A DNA stretch of 64,000 bases. Source: Thermaerobacter marianensis. GTDB taxonomy: Bacteria > Bacillota > Sulfobacillia > DVGY01. Both the position numbers and the translations under genes were made by a program. The notes below the pieces were generated by a model that saw nothing but the letters and a program-made list of their open reading frames with translations, was not told the origin of the DNA and searched no databases. Within the stretch, counting starts at the first letter, position 1; each line of letters opens with the position of its first letter. The DNA lies in assembly GCA_020724425.1 (NCBI GenBank), contig DYGY01000003.1, positions 65,233-129,232 on the forward strand, in the 5' to 3' direction. Shown one piece after another: positions 54,583 through 64,000 of the stretch.

Positions 54583-55816
54583 CCGCTTGCACCTGCCCCA
54601 CCATCTGTTCTATTAGACCCACAATTTCAGTATCATATCTATCAACAATGGCCATCTCTTTAAGCTGTAATACTAAATCAACCATTCCTTCATCCTCAAT
54701 ACCCTCACGTTCAAGCAGTTGTTTAAGAACATGCTTTTCAATCTCTTGACGGCTCAAACCATGTCCCATCTCCCTACCCAATACAGGCATTCCTACCTCA
54801 TTAGACACTTCACAATGTAGATAACCTTTTTCCTGTTCCAAACGTTTAGCCAAACCCTGAACATCAATTTCAAGAGGATTATATGTTACAACACCCTGCA
54901 GACCTATCTCAGCAATAGCGCCTTTGCCCAAAGGACACTGATTTTCAACAATTAGCATTGCATCTAAAGCAGAAGCAGCTTCACTAACATCTACCCTCAA
55001 ACGTATAGTCTCTCTAGGAGTACTAGGGATAAAGGTAACGGTTGTGCCACTATCAACCAGGACATGAAAGAAACCCTTTGTCTGACCACTCTCACCAATA
55101 TCCCAGTTTTCCGGTGCCCCAGGACTGAAAGCAAGATCCTTCCACACCTGTTTACCATGCCTGTGTCCTAAAGCAAAATACTGAACCCTATCCTCAAGTG
55201 CAGCAAGACTATTAGATGTAATCCAACCTCCACCCATCTCTGCAGCCCTACCACTCTTATCCCCCAAAGCTGCATGAATAGCCAACACAACAAACCTGTC
55301 TGCAGGTGGTTCAAAACTATCAGCTAGCATCTGTAACCGCTGATCACTGGTCGCACCTAAATAGCCAAGACCATAAATTCTCGCCTCTTTAATATCTAGA
55401 TACCCACCCTGTCTTTTTTCTTCATCCCATTCTAGAAACATAAGTTTACCCTCAGCAAATACCGGTTTCAATAAATATATGTAACCCCTATTAGCCAAAA
55501 AAGTTAACCAGGAATCCCTCTCCTGAAAAAACGCCTTATCATGATTACCCTCAATTACTACCACAGGAATATTAGCCGTTTTCAATGGTTCTAACAATCT
55601 CACACTCTCATCAAGAACCTCAGCGGTAATGCTTCTTTTGTCAAAAAAATCTCCACTTATCAGTAGAAAATCCACCCTGTTCTCTAAAGAATATGTAACT
55701 ATATCCCTAAAGGCATCAGCAAAATCCCTAGCCCTTTCCTCTCTATCTATCGGATTACGTCCTAGATGAATATCACCACAGTGTACAAAACTAAAAGCCA
55801 TACTAACCCCTCCCAT
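54572..55816 (-). CDS. sbcD: SbcD/Mre11 nuclease
   Basis: GDIHLG, GDFFD, GNHD, ALGHRH; start likely ATG 55801. Confidence 0.92.
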   Translation of the reverse strand: MGGVSMAFSFVHCGDIHLGRNPIDREERARDFADAFRDIVTYSLENRVDFLLISGDFFDKRSITAEVLDESVRLLEPLKTANIPVVVIEGNHDKAFFQERDSWLTFLANRGYIYLLKPVFAEGKLMFLEWDEEKRQGGYLDIKEARIYGLGYLGATSDQRLQMLADSFEPPADRFVVLAIHAALGDKSGRAAEMGGGWITSNSLAALEDRVQYFALGHRHGKQVWKDLAFSPGAPENWDIGESGQTKGFFHVLVDSGTTVTFIPSTPRETIRLRVDVSEAASALDAMLIVENQCPLGKGAIAEIGLQGVVTYNPLEIDVQGLAKRLEQEKGYLHCEVSNEVGMPVLGREMGHGLSRQEIEKHVLKQLLEREGIEDEGMVDLVLQLKEMAIVDRYDTEIVGLIEQMVGQVQADVD

Positions 55817-55823
55817 CTAAAAG

Positions 55824-55849
55824 ATTCTGGCCTTCCACACCCTATTCCT
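55824..55849 (-). promoter_or_regulatory. SigH-like promoter of sbcDC
   Basis: AGGA-N18-GAAT. Confidence 0.45.
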
Positions 55850-55858
55850 TCACAAAAA

Positions 55859-55895
55859 AACTGAGGTATCACCTAAATTGGTAATACCTCAGTTT
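55859..55895 (-). terminator. Intrinsic terminator
   Basis: AACTGAGGTAT..ACC / GGT..ATACCTCAGTT with long T-tract on the minus strand. Confidence 0.8.
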
Positions 55896-55905
55896 CTGTG
55901 ACAAC

Positions 55906-56223
55906 TCATTTCCTTAAACGCACACCCTCATTTAAAACCCAAACATCATTCACTAGCTTCGCCCTAGAATTACAATGCTGGCAGGTATATGCTTTCACCT
56001 GTTTCTCCACTGAATTCAGCAGGCCACAACCGGGACAATATACCGTTTCTGCTGGGAAAAAATACTGAACCACATAAAGCAAAACACCAGCTAGGAGCAC
56101 CCAACCTCCCTGTCCGGTCAAGAGAAGATAAATGCCAATAATTCCTAAAATACTTCCAGACCACCTAAAATAGATACGCCTTGGTTCCCTTTCGATTGCA
56201 GACTTTGGATGACGCCCCCCCAT
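55906..56223 (-). CDS. Two-TM protein with C-terminal Zn-ribbon
   Basis: CPGC...CQHC after two hydrophobic segments. Confidence 0.7.
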   Translation of the reverse strand: MGGRHPKSAIEREPRRIYFRWSGSILGIIGIYLLLTGQGGWVLLAGVLLYVVQYFFPAETVYCPGCGLLNSVEKQVKAYTCQHCNSRAKLVNDVWVLNEGVRLRK

Positions 56224-56381
56224 AGAAGCACCCCCTTCTATTCCATATATATGTCACATTGGAGGAATGTATCCATACTCTATATATGGTTAGATATTCC
56301 TTTATGTTTTTCCTGCAATCTCTAGAGGTATTTTAAGTTATTCTGATTAAAAACTCTACTTCAACGACTTTTTTCGTCAAC

Positions 56382-57116
56382 TTATACAGAGACATCCCTT
56401 GAGTGTATGCCTTCAGCAAAAGCTTCAATAGTGGGTCGCATCTTCACAGTAATATACAGACTAAGCGGGAAAAAGAACAAAATAAAGAAAGCATAATGGG
56501 CAATATTAAACAACCATAAAGGCAACACGAAAGCTAGAGGAACAAAGATCACCAAAAACAACCACTGCAACCTAGTCCACTTGGCCAACAACGGTAGAAA
56601 CTCTTCATTAGTGCCAAACTCCCTAGCCTTCTTACCCAAATATAGATAATACAAACCAAAAGCAAGATAATCAAAAGCACCCATCAAAGCAGACAGATAC
56701 TCCGGTATACTAACATTAGCCCAGATATATACCGTAGAACTAACACCAAACATACCAAGAGGCCAGAGGAAATCTACAGAAGAAAACCAGATTAACATAT
56801 CAAAAAGAGCATGCATTAACATGCCCACACCCAACCCCACTGCCAGATAACGATTCTTAAAAGCCATTATCAGCGCAACTAGGACAATAAATAGAATGCT
56901 ATGGGAAAACGTACGATGAAAACCCATAGCAAGCTCAGCATCAAACAAATACGCAGGCCCTAACAAAAAGAAATCCGCATCAGGAATCAAATTCCCTAAC
57001 ACCAAACCCCAGATTAACAACTTTCTGTTTTCTAAACTAACCTTCTTCTTTAAAACCTTGTTCACCGGACCAGCACTAGCCACACCAACAATACCATGCA
57101 AACCAGCTTGTGCCAT
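56382..57116 (-). CDS. YdjM-like membrane metal-dependent hydrolase
   Basis: AGLH, IPDAD, HRTFSHS, MHALFD, LWP; ATG 57116 after GGGAG. Confidence 0.82.
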   Translation of the reverse strand: MAQAGLHGIVGVASAGPVNKVLKKKVSLENRKLLIWGLVLGNLIPDADFFLLGPAYLFDAELAMGFHRTFSHSILFIVLVALIMAFKNRYLAVGLGVGMLMHALFDMLIWFSSVDFLWPLGMFGVSSTVYIWANVSIPEYLSALMGAFDYLAFGLYYLYLGKKAREFGTNEEFLPLLAKWTRLQWLFLVIFVPLAFVLPLWLFNIAHYAFFILFFFPLSLYITVKMRPTIEAFAEGIHSRDVSV

Positions 57117-57132
57117 ATTCTTACACTCCCTT

Positions 57133-58218
57133 CTAGTTTCTGGTGATATTCTCTTTAGCCTTGCCAATTCCTTCAAGCACTTTAGCAATATCATCCTTAG
57201 GAATCCCAGGACAGACATTCCCATCACGGCCAACCATCGTCTCAGAAGCAAACAAAGAATTCAAAACAGACTCTTCAACAGACTCAACCACAGCCTGAAA
57301 AAGCTCATCAAGGATACCTGATGTATTCTCAAGAGTCATAAAAGATTTCAATCTTCCTATAGGATACTGTAAAATCCTTGTGACGGTAGAAAAAGCTATG
57401 ACAATATCCCCACTACCATGACCCACAAAGGATCCCACCCTGCCAAGACCAAGAACAGCTCTCTTGGCTAGTCTCTTTAGCTGCAACTCACTTAAAGGCG
57501 CATCGGTAGCCAAGACAACAATAACTGATCCTTTATCAGCTTCCTTGGGACCTACATAATCTACAGATTGACCGGCCACAACTAAGTGCCCCTTACGACC
57601 AAAGTTAGCAAGAACCATACACCCCACCACATACTCCCCAACAATCCTTGAAGAACTACCAATCCCAGCCTTATAGCCAAAGGCACGCATACCAGTACCC
57701 GCTCCTACAGACCCCTCTAAAACAGGTCCCATACCAGTATTCCTTAAAACCTCCAAAACATGTTCCTCTTTAACATGCCTTCCCTGAATATCATTCAAAA
57801 AACCATCATTACATTCCCCAACGATACAATTAACAGTACTAGTATCAACCCCAATATCAGGATTGTCCTCTAACATATATGTAATTAAAGCATCAGTAGC
57901 TACAGGAACACTAAGGGTGTTAGTAAGGACTATCGGTGTCTCAATCTCCCCTAACTCCTCCACCTGCAAAAGACCCACACTTTTGCCATAACCATTAATG
58001 ACATGCACTGCACCCATCACTTTTTCCCTAAAAAGATTACCTCCATGAGGTTTGATCACTGTAACACCCGTTCTTACAGGCCCCTTACCCCTAACAAGCC
58101 TACCCTCTCCTTCAACTAGGGTAAAATGCCCAACCTCTACACCTAAAACATCAGTGATATCATTTTTTCTACCTACCGGTAGACTTCCTATGCTTATCCC
58201 ATATTCCCTTGCCTTCAT
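57133..58218 (-). CDS. dmpA: DmpA / peptidase S58 (P1) aminopeptidase
   Basis: NDITDV.GV.VGH, NGYGK, GECNDG.LND, GAGTGM, KGS autocleavage site, GSGD. Confidence 0.9.
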   Translation of the reverse strand: MKAREYGISIGSLPVGRKNDITDVLGVEVGHFTLVEGEGRLVRGKGPVRTGVTVIKPHGGNLFREKVMGAVHVINGYGKSVGLLQVEELGEIETPIVLTNTLSVPVATDALITYMLEDNPDIGVDTSTVNCIVGECNDGFLNDIQGRHVKEEHVLEVLRNTGMGPVLEGSVGAGTGMRAFGYKAGIGSSSRIVGEYVVGCMVLANFGRKGHLVVAGQSVDYVGPKEADKGSVIVVLATDAPLSELQLKRLAKRAVLGLGRVGSFVGHGSGDIVIAFSTVTRILQYPIGRLKSFMTLENTSGILDELFQAVVESVEESVLNSLFASETMVGRDGNVCPGIPKDDIAKVLEGIGKAKENITRN

Positions 58219-58220
58219 CT

Positions 58221-58331
58221 TCACCACTCCATTACTAAAACGATTATAGCGACAACAAGTGCTAGAACAATAAGCCAAAGGATATTAGCCTCCTGATACT
58301 GTCTAATACGTCTTGCAAACCATTGTCTCAT
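58221..58331 (-). CDS. Unannotated 36-aa single-TM peptide MRQWFARRIRQYQEANILWLIVLALVVAIIVLVMEW
   Basis: AAAGGAG RBS 7 nt before ATG; basic N-terminus plus about 18 hydrophobic residues; stop 2 nt before the dmpA ATG. Confidence 0.65.
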   Translation of the reverse strand: MRQWFARRIRQYQEANILWLIVLALVVAIIVLVMEW

Positions 58332-58356
58332 CAAAATACTCCTTTACCTGGGCATG

Positions 58357-59250
58357 CTAAGTGGGGTTCCTCCTACCATTGTCTTTAGCAGCAAGCAGTA
58401 TACCACAGAAGATAAGACCCACTCCTAAAAAATGAACTAGACTAACCTGTTCCTGTAAGAATAGATAAGAAAGGATAATAGTACTTACAGGCATAATACC
58501 CGTAAACACTCCAGCAGTACTAGCTGATACCCTAGATACACCCCTAAACCACAAAACAAAAGCAATCACAGTAACAAAAACACCATAATAGACAATCATT
58601 AGCCACTCACTAATAGCTAAACTTCCTAAATCAAACTGCAACCCCTCATAAATCATAAACGGTAAAACCATTATCAAACCCAACAGACTAACAACGGCAG
58701 TTGTCAACACAGCTGAAATTTCCTCATCTTGAAGTTTCCTAAATAGCGTAAATAGCGACTCACATACAACAGCCAGTAAAATTAACATGTTCCCTAGAAA
58801 TGAAAAATTCCCAATCTCCTGCTGCCCACCCACAACATTAATTATAATAATACCTAAAACACTTAAACTAATACCTAACCATGTAGAGCTAGAAACCCGT
58901 TCACCTAGCAAAAAAACCGACAGCAAAGCTATCATTGCCGGAGTAGTGCTCAAAATAATACCACTTTCAACAGCACTAGTAAGCCTTAACCCATACAGCA
59001 AAAATAGATTAAATAGAAAGACACCAGTCAAAGCCTGCATTCCTAAAATAAGCCACTGTTTCTTGCTAATAAGCAGTATTCTACGCCCTTCAGACCACAA
59101 CACCAAAGGAACTAAAATCATTGTACTTATACCAAGCCTTAAACCTAACAGAAGAAAAATCGGCAGACTAGCCACCAAACTCTTTCCCACCACTACCGAA
59201 CTTCCCACAATAAACATTGCTATACTTAACTCTAAATAAGCTCTATACAC
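58357..59250 (-). CDS. EamA/DMT family transporter
   Basis: 10 TM, GLRLTSA, LLGER, LWFRGV. Confidence 0.92.
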   Translation of the reverse strand: MYRAYLELSIAMFIVGSSVVVGKSLVASLPIFLLLGLRLGISTMILVPLVLWSEGRRILLISKKQWLILGMQALTGVFLFNLFLLYGLRLTSAVESGIILSTTPAMIALLSVFLLGERVSSSTWLGISLSVLGIIIINVVGGQQEIGNFSFLGNMLILLAVVCESLFTLFRKLQDEEISAVLTTAVVSLLGLIMVLPFMIYEGLQFDLGSLAISEWLMIVYYGVFVTVIAFVLWFRGVSRVSASTAGVFTGIMPVSTIILSYLFLQEQVSLVHFLGVGLIFCGILLAAKDNGRRNPT

Positions 59251-59289
59251 AGGTAGTTCACCCCCAAACTACCTTAATCTTAAAATAAT

Positions 59290-60120
59290 CTAGTGAACAG
59301 GGTCTTGAATATTCTTGCTATATTGCCCAGGCGTAACACCAACAACCCTTTTAAAACTCCTATTCAAATGACTCTGATCAGCAAAACCCGTAACATTAGC
59401 AACCTCCACCAAAGGAACCATCTCACTTAATAGCACCTTGGCCCTATTCACTCTCACCTGAGTCAAATAAGTATGAGGAGGAAGACCAACCTCTTCAGAA
59501 AAGACCCGAGTCAAATGATAAGGACTAACATTAACCACCTGAGCAAGTTCTTTGAGCGAAACATTTTGAGAAAAATTGGCTTCAAGGTAATCCTTCACTT
59601 GCTTAACAGCCTCTTTCTCCCTCCTAGCCCAAAGATTAAGCGAATAATCAGAGTATTTATCTATCAAAGCCACCAAAACAGCCATCAACCTTGTTTCAGC
59701 TTCCAAAAGCCCAATCCCACCTTCCTCTAACAGAAGATGCAGGCTATATAATTGAGTAGCAATATCCCTATCTCTTAAAACGCCTTCGCTAAAGAATGGC
59801 ATAACCTGTTTTCTCGAAACTTCAGCAGTCAACTCTCCTAGCAACTCTGACCTGATATAAAACATCCTATAACTCCAACCATCCACTGAATACCCATCAT
59901 GACTCTCCCCAGGCACAGCAAGATTAATCTCACCTCTACCGGCAGAATAATGCTGATGACGATAATTGAACTGCAAAAGCCCTTTTTCAATTACCCCAAT
60001 CGCATAACCCTCGTGATAGTGACGAGAAAAACTCTGCTTCAGATAATCTGCTCTTAACAGTTCAACACCCTTAAGATCAGGATACTGCCAGATTGTCTGC
60101 CTCTGGTTTGCTTGAGCCAT
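59290..60120 (-). CDS. AraC-family regulator
   Basis: FSRHYHEGYAIG, GLPPHTYL, GFADQSHLNRSFK; ATG after GGAGG. Confidence 0.93.
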   Translation of the reverse strand: MAQANQRQTIWQYPDLKGVELLRADYLKQSFSRHYHEGYAIGVIEKGLLQFNYRHQHYSAGRGEINLAVPGESHDGYSVDGWSYRMFYIRSELLGELTAEVSRKQVMPFFSEGVLRDRDIATQLYSLHLLLEEGGIGLLEAETRLMAVLVALIDKYSDYSLNLWARREKEAVKQVKDYLEANFSQNVSLKELAQVVNVSPYHLTRVFSEEVGLPPHTYLTQVRVNRAKVLLSEMVPLVEVANVTGFADQSHLNRSFKRVVGVTPGQYSKNIQDPVH

Positions 60121-60204
60121 GAGAAACCTCCTTCCACTATTTATATAGCGTATATACTTAAGCTCTTCCTGATAATAAATATAACAGGCCACTATCATCA
60201 TAAT

Positions 60205-60996
60205 CTAACAATTACATCGCTGAGAAAGCCCCTTAATAGCTTTAGTAGCCATAGAAGAATAGATATATGAGTCTAAAGCTGTACCTCCAATATCTTCATA
60301 GAAACCCGCAATCAAAAAACCAGCTTCAATCTGACCTTGAATTTGATCTTCAAGGCTATGCCCAAAACAAACACCTTCATTTCTATCAAGGACTAACTCT
60401 TTAAGCTCCTCCCTAGAAATACTTGTTAAGTCCGAATAAGGAATCGTATGCCTAATAACAAACCTACCCTCTTCTAAACACTTTAGATCAAAAATATACT
60501 CAATAGGGTTACCAAATCCAGAGATAAGGGTCCCTCCCCACCGTAAAACCCGATAGGCTTCTCTCCACACAGGCTTAACATCATCTATAAAACCATTAGA
60601 CCAGGGGTGAATAATAAGATCAAAAGATTGATCATTAAACACACTCAAATCCCTCATATCACCTTGAACTATGTCGATTTTAAGATTATCCCTCTCTGCT
60701 ACCATAAGGTCCTGCTGAAGTTGTTTCTCGCTAACATCAAAAATAGTAACTTTAGCCCCTAAAGCTGCTAGTATCGGTCCCTGCTGTCCTCCCCCACTAG
60801 CCAAACCAAGAACATCTTTACCCTCAAAACTATCAGGAAACCAAGCTCGTGGCACCTTCTTTGAAGGTGTAACAACAATACTAAAGACTCCCTCTTTAGC
60901 CTTCCTAACCTCTTCACTGCTTACAGGTCTTGACCAGATATACCCCTCTTCTACCTTCCTGTCCCAGATTCTTTGATTAGCCTTAACATAATCCAT
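60205..60996 (-). CDS. Class I SAM-dependent methyltransferase
   Basis: VLGLASGGGQQ, QGDMRDL, FDLI. Confidence 0.88.
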   Translation of the reverse strand: MDYVKANQRIWDRKVEEGYIWSRPVSSEEVRKAKEGVFSIVVTPSKKVPRAWFPDSFEGKDVLGLASGGGQQGPILAALGAKVTIFDVSEKQLQQDLMVAERDNLKIDIVQGDMRDLSVFNDQSFDLIIHPWSNGFIDDVKPVWREAYRVLRWGGTLISGFGNPIEYIFDLKCLEEGRFVIRHTIPYSDLTSISREELKELVLDRNEGVCFGHSLEDQIQGQIEAGFLIAGFYEDIGGTALDSYIYSSMATKAIKGLSQRCNC

Positions 60997-61114
60997 AGAC
61001 CTACTCTCTCCCTAACTCCTCATTAATCTCTTCAAGGTGTTTCTCCACATTATTAAATCCAGTCTTTATATTCCAAGCAATAATCAATAAAACAACCAAG
61101 ATTACAACCTCAAC

Positions 61115-61714
61115 TCAACACTCCTCCCCTATACTTCTAATAACTAAATCAGTAACCTCTTCAGTAGGCTTTAATCCATTGACAACAAGGTTAGCGGACT
61201 CACAAACAGTATCATTAATCTGCTTATAACCACTACCTAAGCCAGCTAAATAATCAGTAAGAAATCCCTCAACAATCTCTAATTTCTTTTTCGCCTCAAG
61301 CTCCTTATACTCAATCTGCAAGTCTCTTAAGACTCTCCTAGCTAGAGAAATATCTAAAGGAATCTTAAGGCAAACAACAAAATCTAACACCTCTTTCATA
61401 CCCTCTCTTAACCTGCCAAAAGGTTCTTCCACCACAATATAATCAGTTGGTAATACTTCCCTACCCCAGGGATCAATAACCTTCCTTCCATTCTTTAAAC
61501 TAACAAGATCTTCAAAGAATTTAGGACTCCTAATCTCTGCTGGATTTATCATCTCACCCCTTGCTAAACTCTTTAACATATCCTCAGGATATGCCGTAGT
61601 CTCTTGATAAGCATCATAATACAACGATGAAGCATCTAATCTCTTGGATAACTCACCAACCAGTGTGGACTTTCCCGCTCCGGATGTTCCTGCTATAGCA
61701 ATGACAAACCCCAT
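61115..61714 (-). CDS. Uridine-kinase-like P-loop kinase
   Basis: IAIAGTSGAGKST, LARRVLRD. Confidence 0.8.
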   Translation of the reverse strand: MGFVIAIAGTSGAGKSTLVGELSKRLDASSLYYDAYQETTAYPEDMLKSLARGEMINPAEIRSPKFFEDLVSLKNGRKVIDPWGREVLPTDYIVVEEPFGRLREGMKEVLDFVVCLKIPLDISLARRVLRDLQIEYKELEAKKKLEIVEGFLTDYLAGLGSGYKQINDTVCESANLVVNGLKPTEEVTDLVIRSIGEEC

Positions 61715-61718
61715 ACCC

Positions 61719-62357
61719 CTACCTCCTTGCCTTTAATATCCAAGCAAGAGTTGAACCTCTTTCATACTCAACGGTAAACCCAAGCTTCCTTAAAACCTCA
61801 ATACTCCTATCAATTCTCCCAGGATACTCCTCAGCCATGTCCTCCAGAATATCTACCCTGCTCTCACTCTTAAGTCTCTCTACTACTTCCCTTTTTTGCA
61901 GACAATCTTTAAACATAAAATCTCCAATAACAATTACACCCGTATCTTTTAGCACCCTATCCATTTCCTTAAAAGCCTCTTCCTTTTCCTCTTCTGTTAA
62001 ATGATGAAAAGCAAAAGAAGAGACTATACGGTCAAACATGCCATTCTCATAAGGAATATTTAAGAAACTTCCATAAGCTAGATTGGCTTTAAGTCCTTTC
62101 TCCTCTAACTTCCTCATCATCTTCTTAGAAATATCTATACCATAAAGTTCGATATCTTTCGGCATTCTCTCAACAAGAAGACCAGTACCAATACCAATAT
62201 CTAATACAGCCATAGCCTCCCTCAGATCCAATAACTCAACTATCCTAGTAAGAATACAATAATAGTTCTCACGAACATAATCATCTAAATCCTCTAAGAC
62301 TTTCTCATCATACGTGTCAGCTTGATCATCATGACAGCCCCTCTTTAGATGATCCAC
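61719..62357 (-). CDS. Class I SAM-dependent methyltransferase
   Basis: VLDIGIGTG, GIDIS, SSFAFHHL. Confidence 0.88.
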   Translation of the reverse strand: MDHLKRGCHDDQADTYDEKVLEDLDDYVRENYYCILTRIVELLDLREAMAVLDIGIGTGLLVERMPKDIELYGIDISKKMMRKLEEKGLKANLAYGSFLNIPYENGMFDRIVSSFAFHHLTEEEKEEAFKEMDRVLKDTGVIVIGDFMFKDCLQKREVVERLKSESRVDILEDMAEEYPGRIDRSIEVLRKLGFTVEYERGSTLAWILKARR

Positions 62358-62360
62358 CTA

Positions 62361-63767
62361 TCACTCCTCCTTTAATGCTCTTACATACCCCCTAAACCTC
62401 TCTACCATCAGTTCTCCTAACTTAAAGATGGCATCCTCATTCCCTACATGACCAATAATCTGAATACCTATAGGCATACCATCAGATTCACCTACAGGAA
62501 CAGTCAACACCGGTAAACCCCAAGTATTAGCATAAGCTACAAAAGGCATATATTTCTTGTAACTTAAAGCTAAAGAGAAGATCTCCCTATACACTCTCCC
62601 ATGTAACTGGGCCGGAGAATGATACACAGGTAGAATCAAAAGACGACTAGCAAAATATTCTTCTAAGACCTTTTCACCCTCAGCAATAGTTAACTCAATC
62701 TCCCTGATTCGCCCATCCTTTGGCCTAAAAAGACTAGCTCCCACAACTGCCCAGGTAAAATAGTGATGCAAATCAGTAGAACCCAAAAACTTCTCCCTGA
62801 AATGCTCACTAACCGGATTCTTCTTCCCATAAGCAATAGCTGATACTGCTCTAGCCCCATCAACAGACATAATCTCCTGCCACAAGGTTGCCGAATCACG
62901 ATAGTATGGAGGTTCTTCATCCACTAAAGAAAACTCCTCCTTCAGATAGCTCCTCACCTTCTCTAACTCAAACCTTGTATCCTCATCCGTAGGAAACACT
63001 AAAGACTCAAGAGGAAATACCAGTTCAAAAGACTCCAACTCTCTTTCTTCTGGAATATCTCTAGCAATAATCTCATTAATCAACCTTGCATCCTGCACTG
63101 ACTTAGACATAGCACCAATACCAAGCATTCTCTCCTGTAAAGCATTTTCAACATAAGGAAAAGAACCCACTTGAGATACCTGCCTATTACCACTCTTAAA
63201 GCCAATAACACCGTTAAAATGAGCCGGCAACCTAATAGACCCCCCAATATCAGAACCCAATCCCACAGCCGCACCACCAACAGCAATCAATGCTGCTTCC
63301 CCTCCGCTAGAACCACCAGCAGTTCGCTTAACATCCCAGGGATTATTAGTCCTTCCATACAATTTGTTCTCTGTTTCCTGACAGAAACAAAGAACAGGAG
63401 TATTAGTCTTACCAAGAATAATGGCGCCCTCTTTCCTTAATCGCGAGACGACCTCCGCGTCCATCTCCTTAACCTCATCGGTTAAACTAGGAATACCTCC
63501 AGTAGTTTTCATACCCTTAACATCAAAGGACTCCTTCATGCTAATAGGCACACCTAACAACCGGCCAACTTCTCCCCTAGCTATAGCTGCATCAGCTACC
63601 TCTGCTTCCTTTAACGCTTCAGAAAACCTTTCTTCCACAAGACAATTAACTTTAGGATTGACCTCCTCTAGTCTTTCGATATACTCCTTAGTTGCCTGTA
63701 CCGAAGTAACCTCCCGGGTAGCAATCTTTCTAGCTAAAGTGGTAGCATCCCAGTCAAGAATAGCCAT
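62361..63767 (-). CDS. Amidase signature family protein
   Basis: GVPISMKE, GKTN, GGSSGGE, GSDIGGSIR. Confidence 0.93.
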   Translation of the reverse strand: MAILDWDATTLARKIATREVTSVQATKEYIERLEEVNPKVNCLVEERFSEALKEAEVADAAIARGEVGRLLGVPISMKESFDVKGMKTTGGIPSLTDEVKEMDAEVVSRLRKEGAIILGKTNTPVLCFCQETENKLYGRTNNPWDVKRTAGGSSGGEAALIAVGGAAVGLGSDIGGSIRLPAHFNGVIGFKSGNRQVSQVGSFPYVENALQERMLGIGAMSKSVQDARLINEIIARDIPEERELESFELVFPLESLVFPTDEDTRFELEKVRSYLKEEFSLVDEEPPYYRDSATLWQEIMSVDGARAVSAIAYGKKNPVSEHFREKFLGSTDLHHYFTWAVVGASLFRPKDGRIREIELTIAEGEKVLEEYFASRLLILPVYHSPAQLHGRVYREIFSLALSYKKYMPFVAYANTWGLPVLTVPVGESDGMPIGIQIIGHVGNEDAIFKLGELMVERFRGYVRALKEE

Positions 63768-63797
63768 ATTGGAACCCCCTTTCAGTGAACGTATTTG

Positions 63798-64000
63798 CTA
63801 AAAAGTCTTAGGTTCCTTTTTTAACTTTAACAACACGTAGTTTTCAATCTCACTCCACAATTTACAAAAATTGTACCTGCTAATATCAATAGTTTTACTA
63901 GCTATATTCTTATACATCGAAAACATAGCTACTGTATCAAAGAAGATTGCATTATCACACAATCTACAACTGATGACCCTCAAATTAGATGCTTTAATAT
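63798..64000 (-). CDS. Probable C-terminal end of a gene starting beyond the window
   Basis: Frame is open from the right edge to TAG 63798; no motif. Confidence 0.35.
   Translation of the reverse strand, partial: IKASNLRVISCRLCDNAIFFDTVAMFSMYKNIASKTIDISRYNFCKLWSEIENYVLLKLKKEPKTF

Noticed and set aside
4219-63801. Numerous 60-150 aa antisense or alternate-frame ORFs in the track (e.g. 9364-9657, 24377-24742, 38380-38748, 58787-59239, 63421-63801)
   Set aside because: Shadows of well-supported genes, with no RBS or recognisable motif
1-64000. CRISPR arrays, tRNA/rRNA, prophage, integrase or transposase genes
   Set aside because: No regularly spaced repeats, cloverleaf or hallmark proteins seen by eye

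Overview
64-kb chromosomal segment of a low-GC, endospore-forming Bacillota (SASP, gerA-type operon, SpoIID/SleB-like enzymes, SigF/G/E/K/H-like promoters) with nitrogen-oxide respiration and detoxification genes (5' part of narG, qNor, Crp/Fnr regulator, hemerythrin). Most of it is ordinary housekeeping, cell-wall, transport and metabolic genes. No rRNA, tRNA, CRISPR array, prophage or transposase was recognised. The most notable signals are non-coding or small: (1) an FMN-class riboswitch with substitutions in the ligand pocket, controlling an HmpT/PdxU2-like rather than RibU-like ECF S-component; (2) two non-autonomous IS200/IS605 IscB-type omegaRNA (HEARO-like) mini-elements, both inserted next to ATGAA, one at a start codon and one at a stop codon; (3) an EAL / ODP-like di-iron / 91-aa unknown operon divergent from an HD-GYP gene, a candidate O2/Fe-gated c-di-GMP degradation module; (4) a structured sRNA behind a sporulation-type promoter; (5) an unannotated 36-aa membrane peptide; (6) several enzymes with altered catalytic residues. 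All family assignments come from motif recognition by eye, with no database searches.
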